Shown: positions 29,498 through 42,035 of the stretch, piece after piece | How the letters are laid out: each line of letters opens with the position of its first letter | Numbering within the stretch: the stretch's first letter is position 1 | Assembly: GCF_009914755.1 (NCBI RefSeq) | Contig: NC_060933.1 | Length of the DNA: 64,000 bases | DNA from: the human T2T-CHM13v2.0 reference genome, Homo sapiens | Reading direction: 5' to 3' (one strand) | Notes under the pieces: model-generated | The model's database searches: none | What the model was told of the DNA's origin: nothing | The model's input: the letters and a program-made list of their open reading frames with translations, nothing else | Translations under genes and position numbers: made by a program

Positions 29498-29873
29498 ACC
29501 CTCTCCCGGGCTACACCAGGCCACGCCGGTAAAGTTGTTTCTCCTCTAGGAGAAACATTCGCTAGGCCTTGTTGCCAACCCGCAGGCGGCTGGGCGCTTC
29601 ATCCCACCCTCACCCCTTTCCAGCCAAGGTGGCTGATGGGAGTCAGGCTCTCGAGGGCGCATTGCCACGAAACAGCGTGTGTGAGCGCGTTGTCCCCGGC
29701 CCCCGGCGCCACTTCCCCTCGGCCTAGCAGCCTGGACTGGGGAAGGACGGGTCTGCTGTACCCGGGAGGTGGAAGGAAAAGCCGAAAGCGGAGAAGTGTG
29801 CGGGAGGGGAGTCTCCGCGCGGAGGCAGCCCGGCCTCCTCCAGTGCAGGCTGCGCGCTGGGGAGCCAGCCAGG
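29498..29873 (+). other. JAK2: Probable upstream alternative first exon of JAK2 (start approximate)
   Basis: Consensus donor AGG|GTGAGT at 29874 within the CpG island; consistent with recalled upstream-starting JAK2 variants. Confidence 0.65.
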
Positions 29874-30193
29874 GTGAGTCACTCCCGGCCGCTTCCCTGG
29901 AGGGCGGCGGCCACACACACACCCGCCCATCTAGTGAGGGCCGGGCCCAGCGCTGGCGCCTAGCTCCAGCCGGGCACCAGCGTTTCGCGAGGCGCCGCCG
30001 CCTTAACTTCCTTGCGCGCTCACGCCCAGGGGCCGTCCCAGGAATCTCCACGCGCGCTCGCCGGCTTCCCGAGAGGCAGCTGCCCTGCGTGGCCCGCGCC
30101 TGCCGGTCCCGCGACCAGCACCGAGCGGCGCACGCGCACTGCAGGACGCGCGTCCGGCTCTCCCCCAGCCTCTATCCGGCCCGGTCTCCTGCC

Positions 30194-30281
30194 ATTCGGG
30201 GAGACTGCAGGCCAACCGGGAGGCTGAGTTCGAAGCTAGCAGGGCGGCGAAGCCAGTGTCGCCCGCGGCGTTGAGAAGACG
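30194..30281 (+). other. JAK2: Possible short alternative first exon of JAK2
   Basis: Weaker donor ACG|GTGTGG at 30282; recalled transcript start ATTCGGGGAGACTG. Confidence 0.4.
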
Positions 30282-30352
30282 GTGTGGCCCCGGAGAGGGT
30301 GGAGACAACTGTGACGGGCTTCCCGGCTGCCCGAAGTGGGAGTGGTGTGGGG

Positions 30353-30738
30353 CTGCAGGAAGGAGAGAGGAAGAGGAGCAGAAGGGGGCAGCAGCGGACG
30401 CCGCTAACGGCCTCCCTCGGCGCTGACAGGCTGGGCCGGCGCCCGGCTCGCTTGGGTGTTCGCGTCGCCACTTCGGCTTCTCGGCCGGTCGGGCCCCTCG
30501 GCCCGGGCTTGCGGCGCGCGTCGGGGCTGAGGGCTGCTGCGGCGCAGGGAGAGGCCTGGTCCTCGCTGCCGAGGGATGTGAGTGGGAGCTGAGCCCACAC
30601 TGGAGGGCCCCCGAGGGCCCAGCCTGGAGGTCGTTCAGAGCCGTGCCCGTCCCGGGGCTTCGCAGACCTTGACCCGCCGGGTAGGAGCCGCCCCTGCGGG
30701 CTCGAGGGCGCGCTCTGGTCGCCCGATCTGTGTAGCCG
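30353..30738 (+). other. JAK2: JAK2 exon 1 (non-coding; start approximate)
   Basis: Recognised 5'UTR; ends at donor CCG|GTGGGT (30739). Confidence 0.9.
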
Positions 30739-31047
30739 GTGGGTGTTATCTCTGCCTGGCTTCTGGGTGGGGGGCAGCAGCTGTCTCTCCACCCCCTTCC
30801 TACCTTTTGGTCCCGCCTGCCCCCTGCTAGTGGCAGCAAACTTCTGAGCCAGAAAAATCTTCCTCTTTAAGACGACACCTAGAACGAGTCTTGCTGGTGA
30901 TATTTGCTTCCATTTGTGTCTTATAATTCCCTCGCTCCCGCCTCCTTATTCCTTTTTAAAATTTTCTAGACACTTAAACAGCCTAGAAAAAGCATTTGTT
31001 TCCCCTGGATTTATGTGGTAGTAGTTAACTGCTGCTTCTGTTTTTAG

Positions 31048-31130
31048 GTTTCAGAAGCAGGCAACAGGAACAAGATGTGAACTGTTTCTCTTCTGCAGAA
31101 AAAGAGGCTCTTCCTCCTCCTCCCGCGACG
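31048..31130 (+). other. JAK2: JAK2 exon 2 (non-coding, 83 nt)
   Basis: Acceptor ttaactgctgcttctgtttttAG|G with branch-like TTAAC; donor ACG|GTGGGT at 31131. Confidence 0.92.
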
Positions 31131-31751
31131 GTGGGTGTGCTGTCCTTTATCGCTGCAGTAAAGGCGAAGGTGTCTGGAGCTGGGAGTGCGTGCGTAGGGA
31201 AGGTTGGAAGCGTGTGAAGAGAGGCAGGGCTCATTGTTGCTTACTCTTCTGAAAATGTCAGTGCTAAACTTTTAATGTTGATCTGGGAGAGTAATTTTGG
31301 GGTGTTTTGTTGTTCGTCTTGGATCCTTTAAGAAACATTTTTTTGTTGGCTTTACACATAACGTGACTTTGCAGAGAAACGAAAAACGTTGTCCATTACC
31401 CTTTCTTCTTAAGCAGCCAGAGATTCTTAATCCTTTAAAGAGGAGTATTTCCAAGCAATAAGAGATAGCTTTTGGGAGAACACGTTAGCTATTCTTGCTG
31501 GGGTTTCTGCTACCACATTGAATGTTTCCTCATGGTTTTATCTGCCTAAGCTTGCTGTGTCGGTTGAATTTACCCAGTTTGTTTTCCAGTAATTACTAAT
31601 CTGTTAGGAGAAACTCCATTTCTCTGAATGAAAGGGTAGGAGCGGCTGAGTATGGAGAAGGAAACTGGAAGTGGGAATAAGGGAAATGATTGCTTTTGGT
31701 TTCATAATAAGTTTGTACAGTGAGTTGTTGGGCTACTGCAAATAAAGATTT

Positions 31752-32060
31752 TGTATCCCTTCTCCAGAATGCTTGGGACCAAAAGTGTTTTGGATTTTTT
31801 TTAAAAATTTTGGAATGTTTGCATATACAAAATCAGACATCTTGAGGATGGGACCCAAGTGTAAATACGAAATTCGTTTGTTTCATATAGACCTTATTCA
31901 CACAGCCACTAAGTCATTTGCAATATTTTTAATACGTCTGTGCATGAAACAAAGTTTGTATTAAGTACCTATGCGGGGAATTTTCCCCTTGTAGCATCAT
32001 GTTGGTGCTCAAAATGTTTCAGATTTTGCAGCTTTTCAGATAAGGGATGATCAGCTTGTA
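31752..32060. mobile_element. Tigger4/MER46 (Zombi)-type element
   Basis: tatccct..aatgcttgggacca.aagtgttttggattt start; tttcagataagggatg end. Confidence 0.75.
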
Positions 32061-32560
32061 TTTTGATATAACACCCAGAACATTTGAAGATGAATAATCA
32101 ATTTTTGGCCTCCCTTCCCCCATCCGCCTCACCTTATACCACTTTAAGTGTGAGAATTATTTGCTTGTACATGCATTTGTCTGTTGGTGTGTAACGTATG
32201 TACAGACTGGATGTATCCAGCACTTGCCTTAATAGTACATGTATTTACCTGAATAGGAAAGCTGCAGTACTTGCTGGCCAGAAGAGCACACCATGCTTGT
32301 TTTTGCTCTAACTGAATATCCTGTATTTGCAATTTATAGCAGTTTTAGGGACTCATTAGGGAATTTTGTGTGTGTGTGCCTTTGGTGATTTGAGACAGGT
32401 GTCTCAGATATGGGAAGGGAATATGACATTGTTTCTCTTTCACCTGGCTATTACTGAAAGGTGGGATGCTTTTGAGGCAGAATAGGAAAGTGCATTGGCT
32501 TTGGAGTGAGATCTGGATTTGAATCCTGGTGTTCTTGCCACTTAAGAGTTGCATTATTTA

Positions 32561-32908
<348 letters not shown>

Positions 32909-35900
32909 TTATAAGATTGTTGTGAGAAGTGAGTAAGACACATGCAAAGTGGTAAACTGCCTGGCTGTCATAAAAGTCTTGGCTACTATCACGGCTGGGA
33001 GGCAAAGGAGATTCAGAGAAGGGCAGAATGACTGCATAAGGTGATCTGCCTGTAACTCGTGTTTCCTCCTTTCTAGTATAAAGAGATAAAGGACTTCAAG
33101 GTCTTAAACTGGTGAGGGAGTATTACAGCCTTTGTATGGAAAGGTTTGACTTTGTGTCTCTGCTTAAACCCCCATTGTGTTGCCCCTACCAATTATTGTG
33201 CTGCCCCCTTGTGGTTAACTGTGCTAAGACCTTTCTTTTGCTCTTCTCCCATTACATTTCCCACCCTTCCCCACTCCCTTTTAGACCCCTCCTCTTAGCT
33301 CCCAGTTTCCCAAACTGTGTGCCAAGGTGCCCAGAGCACCTCAGGCTTGAACTTGTGTTTTGAGTTGGTTCATGGTTTCAATATTAGATACCTACACCCG
33401 TTTCTACAATGTCATGTCTTTGTAAAGATGTATTTTCAGAGGTTGCTCCGATAAAAAGCAACTACTACATGAAAATGAATGTAGAACAGGAAATGACAGT
33501 GTGGTATTGTCCAATTTGATTCTAAGGTTTGATAAGTTCTACAGTGCTCTACACTAAGTTGTAAGGACATAACTACTAAGTAAGTTGTTCAAACCTATTT
33601 CTTTTGGCCTGGGGGTGTCGTGAAAAATTTGCTAAGACTCAGAGCTCCCTGAATGGGTTTGGAAACCTCTGCCTTAGCTTTTAGTTTGCTTTTCTGATAA
33701 AATTATTGATATAAAGCTAGTACCAGCTGATCATGGCTTAATATATTTCCTCTCCTATGTAATATGTTTATAACTTCTGCCCAGTTCTTTCATTTTAAAA
33801 CTAATCCTATTGCTAACTTGTTGTACTAGTCACTTCCTGGTTTTTCCTGTACTGGTCTTCTGCTTCTACTTCTGTTCATCTCCTTAAACTCCGAATGCCC
33901 CAAGTGAAAGTTACCATTTTCTACCCCTTAATTTTCTTCTAATCATGTAGGCTTTAAATTAGGCATCATCTTTAAACTACTTCTTTCATTTACCTCTTAT
34001 TCCCATTCAAAATGTCCATATTTCCTTTCTTTCTCATATCTCTGCTTTCCCTCCTTTACTGTGTGAATCCCAGGACACATTTCCTGAGCCTAGAATATTG
34101 AAAGTCATTTGAACTTCTGAGAATTCAGTGTCCCTTCCTTCTGTTTATCCTCAATAGAGATTCCACTCTAATACTCCTTATTATAGCATTCCCTTGCCCC
34201 AAAACCTTCAGTGGCTTACCATTTTCTACTTATTAAATTTTCCTGACTTTTAAGATAGTCTATTATCAATCCCTGCCCTATTTATTTAGTCTTTTGTCTA
34301 AGGATCTCTAGTCCTTAAGCTTGTAAGCTGATTTCCACACTTTCTAATAATAAGCTATGCTTCTTCTATCCTTTAATTTTTGCCCATGTTCTCCATCCCT
34401 CTTTTTTTTCCTCTATTTCTGTAGCTCTTTAGTCTTAGAACATTTTCACATGGTTTAATTATATGCCATGCTTTAGTTGTTTGATAGTTATTTCCCTAGT
34501 GTTAGCCATATCTTTTCAAGTTGATTGTGTATTCTTTGAGGAGCAGTACCTTAGATTAAAAAAAAACCACAACACACAGTGGAGAGCACATGGGCAGCAT
34601 TCAAGAAATACATGTTGATTGTGTGATAAGGAACTGTAGTCACCAAACAAATATTTGTTAATACTTGCAATGTAAAAGGTACTTGGCTGTATTCAAAAGA
34701 GAAATAAAGAAATATAAAATAGGCTCCTTTCCCTAAGGACTTACAGTATAATTGGGCAGATAAGCTAAATAATAAAAGTTACAGATATTTAAGACCACTT
34801 GAGTTGAGCAGAGATTTTGCATAATAGGAAGGAACTGGTAGAGGGGGTAAGCAAAGGCAAAATATGTATATATGTATGATATGTTCAGAGAGCAGTACAT
34901 AAATAACTTGACTGAAATGAAGATTTGTGTGAAAGAGTAGTAAGAAATTGTGTTAAAAATGTAGTTGGAATTTGATTATGGATGTCTTTAAATGCTAGGA
35001 TGAGAAGAATGTACTTTGACCTGTAGATATGGAGAAGCTTTAAAAGTTTTGAATTGAGAAAGAGTTTGCTGAAATAAGTATTTTAGGAAAATCAAAGCAG
35101 CACCAGTGCTAGGTCTCATATGAATTGGAAAGAGAATGGTAGAAAGAGGTAGGAAAATAATTGAGCCCTGAAGTAATGAGGACTTAGAAATAAGTCAGAT
35201 TGCAGAGATGTCACAAGACATTATTATGGATTGGATAAGAAGGGAGAATGGAGGGGAGAAGAGTGATTAAAGATTACCTTACCTTGAAGGTTTGCTTTTC
35301 AGTGACGGAGGAAATCAAAGAGTGTTGACTCTCCAAGACATCTTAGAACATCTAAGTCTATATGTTTTGTATATTAGGACTCAGACCAGAGAGATTTAAA
35401 AATGTGTCCAAAGTTACTCAGCTAGTTAATGACAAAGAAACTGCCGTTTGATTAATGGCAGTTACTAACAAAAATAGTTATGGCAGTGTTAGTAGCTGGT
35501 AGAGGGGATGTAGACAGTTGAGCGTATATTGTGGATATGTTGAGTTTGCGGTGGCCGTGGGATGGGCAAGTGAAAATTGATAGCATACAGTGGGACATAT
35601 GACTAGAATTTGTTAGCGAAGTTAAGGCTGGTGCTGTGGTACTTAAGAGAAAAGAGTGGGATTGCCCATAATTAGCGGGTGGGTGAAAGGAGAGGAATGG
35701 GTAAAGGAGACAAAGAAAAAAACAGTATGAGAGGCAAATTAGTGGATAGGTTAGGAGGCGGAATGATCAACATGTTGATCATTGGCAAGAAATGAGAAGA
35801 ATCAGATCCAAAAAAAGGTCTTAAAAAGATGTATTCGTGTTTTTCCTAATAAGAAATCTATAAAAACAGAAGAAAATTGCTTATACTTTCCCTACGTGGA

Positions 35901-37039
35901 AATAACCACTGTTAATATTTTGTTCTCTCCGGTTTAACAAAAGACCTTTGGATTTGACAGTTGGGTGATCAGTGGAGACTTTTCCAAAGCTCTCCATCAC
36001 TAGGACTAAGGATGAGAATTTTAGGCATAATAAAACCTAGGAGATATTTTTCAACAGATTGTCATTCGTCTGTATCGTCTTATATATCACACTGTCCAGG
36101 TACTATTCTTCCTGTGTGCATTGGTTCTGTGTTTTTTTCTGAATGATAGAAGGTTAGACAAGCCATCTCTGGGTGCTTTTGTGCTGGTAAAATTTGAATA
36201 AAGTGATAAAATATTTGTTTCTAAAAGGAAGGAGAAATTCTTGGTCGATAACTTATAAATCTGAGGGTTGAATGATTGATGAAATTAGGGGTACTGGAAA
36301 GAACAAAGAGAAGCATTATTTATTTTGAAGCTTTTCTGTATAGTTACAAAGGGTTAACTAGGTTAGAATGGTCCATGGGCTGTTTACTTTGCTTGCATGT
36401 TTATTTTGATCTTCCCAAGAACATTCTTCTGTTCATCTTTTTAGTATGTTATTGGAAACAGAGTACTCATTAGTTCTTACTAAGTGGTTTTAGTTTAATA
36501 AATTATGATTATGAAATAAAATGCTATTAGGTAATATTTTTATAATATAAAGGGCCATGTGATGTGAGTAAGTGCACTGTTTTGGAAATCAGGGGATAAG
36601 GGACTGACCCTGCTCTCAGCATGGTATATGATTTCAGGCAACTCACGTAATCAGTGAGTCTTGTCTATTGAGGGAATGGACTAAATCTTTTCTAGAAAAT
36701 TTAAAAAGGTGGGATCACATGGTAAAATGTGTATAAAGTTTAAAAAGGAAATGGTTTACCAATGTTTATGACAAAAACCAGCAAACTCTTTCCCACCCCC
36801 CCACCCCACATCTCCTTTTCTAGTCTCTAATTCCTGTACACCAGGCAACCACCTGTCCTCTGTACTTTGCCGTTTTCACCTTTATAATGAATGAATTGTT
36901 TAGCATCCCCTCTAAAGCCTCTCCATTCAGTTGTGTAGAAGAGCTCATCCCCTTTGCCTTCAAGGGCTTTACCATTATATTTCTCTCCTCTTTTTCTTGC
37001 CTTCTCAATTCTTCCCTCTACTGGATTATTTCCATCAGC

Positions 37040-38800
37040 ATTACTCTGATTGCTATTGCTGTGTAACAGAAACTACCCAAAACTTAGTGATTTAAAACAA
37101 CTACTTTATTAGGCTCACAGATACCATGGGTCAGTAATTGAGACAGGGCACACCAGGGATGACTTTGTTTTTGCTCCACAATGGCTACTAGGACATGAGT
37201 TGGGAAGAATTGCCAGCCAGGGGTGACTTGAAGGCAAAGGACTGGAATCATCTGGAGGTGTCTTCACTCACATGATGGGTAGTTGATGCTGGCTCTTGAC
37301 TGGGATGTTAGCTGGGCTGTTAACTGGAGCATGTACATGTGGCCTGGATTTCCTCACAATATGGTGGCTTCAGGGTGGTCACCTTTCATAGTGGTGAGTA
37401 GAGAATTAAAAGTGAGTGTGTCTCAGCATAAATCTTTTATGATTTAGCCTTGGTAGCTGCACAGTATAACTTCTGCCATGTCCTACTGGTTGTAAGGGTC
37501 AGAAGCCTGTCCAGATTTGATGGGGGAGTGGCAAGTTCACACTGCAGAAGAAAAACATGTGAGATGGGAAATAGTGTTATGGCCATCTTTGGACAATTAT
37601 TAATACTATTGCCATAGTTTGCCATTTTGCCAAACTTCACATCCCTCCTGTATCTGAAATACACGCAAAATACACTGAGCTTCTCCTCAAAGGTCCCTAA
37701 TTCACATCCCATCATGACAGTAACTCAGAGTCCAGTATCTCATCATATAAATCAGGTCCAGGTACAGAATAGTTTTCTTGGGTATGGTTAATTGGATATG
37801 GTTCTTCTTGAACTGAGGACCCATGAAGAGACAGTTTATATGTCCCCTGCATACTTTACAAAATGGAAAAGGCACAGGTTATCTGCAGTAGACATTCCTC
37901 CTCAAGAAGCATGCAAGGTAGGCACAGTCTGTAGCAATTCTGCAACCTCACTGGGCACATGTTGCCAGTTCCTTGATTAGGTCTCAGTCCTGCTTCCTGG
38001 AAGTCATTCTTAATAGGACATAGGCTTCTTCTGTTTTTGGGTTTACCTTCTGAATTATTTATCTCCCCCACCCCTGCACCCAACCCATATAAATTGCTTT
38101 GTATTTGTAAGAGTAGCTTTCTGAGCTTGCTTCCTGCCTGTAGTGCTCCAGAGTCCAAAGGCCCCCTTTTATATAGCAACTGTCCCTTTCATTCCAAGCT
38201 AATACAACTCCTTTAAAAACTTTGTGGACTTCCTGTGTGTAAGTTTATAATCTGTACTGCCATACCCACAAATCTCTTTTGAGAGGAACTCTTTCCTCCC
38301 CTAAGCTCTGTGTGAGTCTGCTGTGGGACAACACCCTTAAGATCCTTAGATAATATTTCGTCTGAAAGGATCTATGAGGTACTGATTTAGATCTTAAGAA
38401 AGGATCTTATAATCACACTCTAGATTGGATCTTTGCTCTGAGGCCCTTTTTATTTGACACTTTGCTGGCTGAAAAGATTGTTCTGAGTCCATTACATCTC
38501 CTTGAAATTCTACTCAAAAAATGAATAGCTTATTCTTTAGTTCATCTCTCTGTTCTCTCAATTATAAGGGCAGCTAGAAGAAGCCAAATTGCTTTAACTT
38601 CCTGCTGAGAATCTCCTTAATTCATTAGGTCAGGTATGTATTTTATTTTCCATGTTAATGTAGGTGACAGTTTTGCTAAACTTTGCCCTAGTATGTAACA
38701 AGGGTGTCCTCTTATTCAGCTTTCACTATCATTTCTCTCACTTTGCTTGAAGTCCTCACTGACAGTCTCCTTGAGGGCTCTTAGGCTCCCATGAAGTTTC
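37040..38800 (-). mobile_element. MLT1-type MaLR LTR (~37040-37610) with adjacent internal sequence
   Basis: tattgctgtgtaaca..ccaaaacttagtg.tttaaaacaac..tttatt..ctcacag reverse MLT1 signature. Confidence 0.7.
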
Positions 38801-38857
38801 CTCAAGACCCTTTACATGTGTGAACACAAAGGGTCCTTATCTGTTCCTGGCTATATA

Positions 38858-39422
38858 GCAGGTCCTTGAATAACTGTCATTTCTTCATAACGTTGATAAG
38901 AAAAAAATGGATTCCTGGCTGGGGCCACTGTTTGTGTGGAGTTTGGACATTCTCCCCACGTCTGTGTGGGTTTTTCCGGGTGCTCCAATTTCCTCCCACA
39001 TTCCAAAGATGCATATGTTAGTGGATCGGTGTGTCTAAATGGTCTCAGACTGAGTGATCATGTATGGATGAGTGTGCCTTGCAGTGGGTGATGTCCTGTC
39101 TAGGGTTGGTTCCCACCTTGTGCCTTGAGTTGCTAGGATAGGCTCTAGCCACTCGTGACTGAACTGAATTGGGTTAATAATTATCCTACTTGTTTTTATT
39201 AGTCTTTCTTAAATGTGTGTATAGCTCACATTTATTTCAGTGTTTAATAATCAGAGTGTTTGGAATCTTTACTTAGAAGTTTGATGATGTTTTTGTGGCC
39301 ATAAATATGCCATAGGAACTTCCTTATCTCAATTAGCCTATGGAAAAATGGATTTTGTTACACATTGTTTCACTTAAAGTCACAGTTTCCAAGAACCTAT
39401 TGAAGACAGTGAGGATTAACTG
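38858..39422. mobile_element. MER6A-type Tigger element
   Basis: gcaggtccttgaataac start; tgtgtggagtttg.acattctcccca core; gtgagga.t.actg end. Confidence 0.75.
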
Positions 39423-39429
39423 TACTAGA

Positions 39430-39860
39430 ACTGTTTCCTAACCCACTGGTTCTTATCAGAATTACCTAAAGGACTTATTGAAACACAAATTGCCGCTGGG
39501 CCCCACCCCCAGAGTTTGTTTCATTAGCTCTGGAGTGGGACTTGAGGATTTGCATCTGTGAGTTCCCAGGTGATCTGATAATGTTGATCTGGGGCCTAGA
39601 TTGTGAGAATTACTGATTTAAACCAGGGATTGGCAAGATTTTTCTATTAAGGATCATAAATAAAATATTTTAGACTTTGTGGGCAAGATTGTTTCTCTTG
39701 CACCTACTCAATTCCGCCTTTGTGGTGCAAAAGCAGTTATAGACAATACGTAAATGAACAGACGTGGCTCATGGCTGTGTTCTCATAAAGCTTTATTTAC
39801 ATAACAGGCAGCTGGCTAAATTTGGTATGTGTGAACTGTGCTCTGCCAATTCCCAATTTA
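39430..39860. mobile_element. MER5-like plus MER58-like hAT elements
   Basis: ccccacccccagagttt..cccaggtgat; cagggattggcaa..actcaattccgcc..aaagcag..atagacaatacgtaaatgaa. Confidence 0.7.
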
Positions 39861-41318
39861 AATCATTACTTGACTCCACATCTCTTCAAGCTATGGCCCC
39901 ATTTTTCACTCCCCTTTGGAACAAAACTCTCTGAGAGTTGTCTGTATTTGTCTCTTTTTATTCTTTCATAAAAAAATTATCTATTTTTTGAACACATTTA
40001 AATGTCTTAGAATTCAAAAAGTAGTAAATATCTTTGTACATTTGTCAGGGCGTGTGTGTGTGTGTGACTATAACTAAAGATTAAGTAGAAGAGGAGTTGC
40101 TGATTCAAAAGTGGTATATGTTACTAAGTTCAACAAATATTGCCAAATTGACATAGAAATACCAAGTTATGCTTTTCTACACCTTTACTAACATTGTGTT
40201 TTCAGATGACTTGATTGTTGCCAACTTGAGACATGAAAAATAGAATCTCATTATAATTTTAATTTGCTTTTTATTCTCCTTTTTTAGGGAACTCTTCACT
40301 CATATCTTGGCCCACTTTCTATTGGATTTGTGGTCCTTTTACTTTGCTTTGTGGGAGCTCTTATACTAAGGAAGATAGCTTTGAGTTTGCGAAATGAGTT
40401 GTTTTCCCTAGGTTGTCTCTTTATCTTTTTGATTCTGTAGATAGTGTGATTTTGTTGTTGTGCATCTAGGTAGGTTCCTTCTAACCCTGAAATTATATTT
40501 TGAGATTCTCCCTTGTTTTCTTGTTCCATCTGGAATTTATACTGATGCAAGATATAAGATGGGACGCAACTTTTTTCCCCTAGATGGTTGTCCAGTTTCA
40601 ATACTATTTGTCAGATAATCCTTCTTTTCTCTGCTGCTGTGAAATGCTGGTGTTTTAAATTGTGTATGTAGTTGGATCTATTTCTGGACTTTGTTTCATT
40701 CTAAAAATGGCTCCTCTGAAACCATATTGTGAGTTCTTGGGTAGTGAACATTTCTATTTATTTGTTTCCAAGTCCTGTATAATATTTATTAGCATATGGG
40801 AGGCATTCAAGTACTTGAAAATAAAATGAATAAATCAAGCATTTAGGAATAGAAGCAGATCTTTTTGCCAATTATTCATTTTAGTTATTCTATTTAATTC
40901 TCTATTTCTGATTTTAAACTTGAATTTAACCTTGGTTTTCCATTTTAGTTTTACCTTTTTTTTAAACTTTATTGTGAAGTATTAAGTTATTTTTTGTACT
41001 TACTGAATGGGCATTTGCTAACTTATGTGTCTGCTCTTATTAGTCTATTTTTGGCCTCAAATTGTTAAAAATTCACAGTATAGTTTTATTTGTATCAAAT
41101 TTGCTACTGAGGGAAGCTTGTCATTTCATAATGGCAATCCATAGGATAGGTCAAGTCATTTGAGATTGGAACCATTAAGGATAAGTTCATTTAACATTGA
41201 ATTATTAGATCTGTGGTTAATTGGCCAGGTTAGAGAAGACAGAATTACAGGGAAGTCTGGATTTTACAACTTATTATTTTAGAGGGTCAAATTTAGAATA
41301 ATATTTTTAAGCTTTTTA

Positions 41319-41606
<288 letters not shown>

Positions 41607-42035
41607 CTATTCTGATTCTCTTATTTATATGTATAATTTATTTTTTTAAATACATGAGGTATTGTAGATTTTTTGGTTTTTTTGAGGAGGGGCGGGGGTG
41701 ATGTGAAATATAGTTTTCATTGCATCAGATCTTCAGTTGTAATGATATTGCTGGAATCCACCATTTAGGACCCTGTCTTGTTAAAAAAAAATTATCCTTG
41801 CCTTCACCCCTACCCCTCCCTGCCACAGACTTTTAAAGGTAAGTATTCTGCGATAATTGGATTATATTTACTATTATGAAAATTTAAAATTATTAGAAGT
41901 AAAATGAAATATACCTCCATTGTAGTAAGTTTGATTCACAGTGCCTCTGGTTATGGTGGTCAGTAAAAGTAACACTGTATTAGGAACAGTCTTCATGGTG
42001 GGAGTTCTCTCCTTTTACTCTTCTGTTAGTTTGTT

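Larger units (their letters stand above)
29464..30331. repeat. Inverted repeat: arms 29464-29517 and 30281-30331
   Basis: 49/51 aligned matches plus one 3-nt indel by manual alignment; 763-nt spacer. Confidence 0.95.
29460..31200. promoter_or_regulatory. JAK2: CpG island / JAK2 promoter
   Basis: Abrupt shift to very GC- and CpG-rich sequence in an AT-rich, CpG-depleted background; contains the first exons. Confidence 0.93.

Noticed and set aside
29462-30839. Long overlapping ORFs (270, 278, 206, 150 aa) in the CpG island as protein-coding genes
   Set aside because: Expected from stop-codon scarcity in GC-rich DNA; Arg/Pro/Ala/Gly-rich, no recognisable domain, several use non-ATG starts; the region is JAK2 promoter/5'UTR
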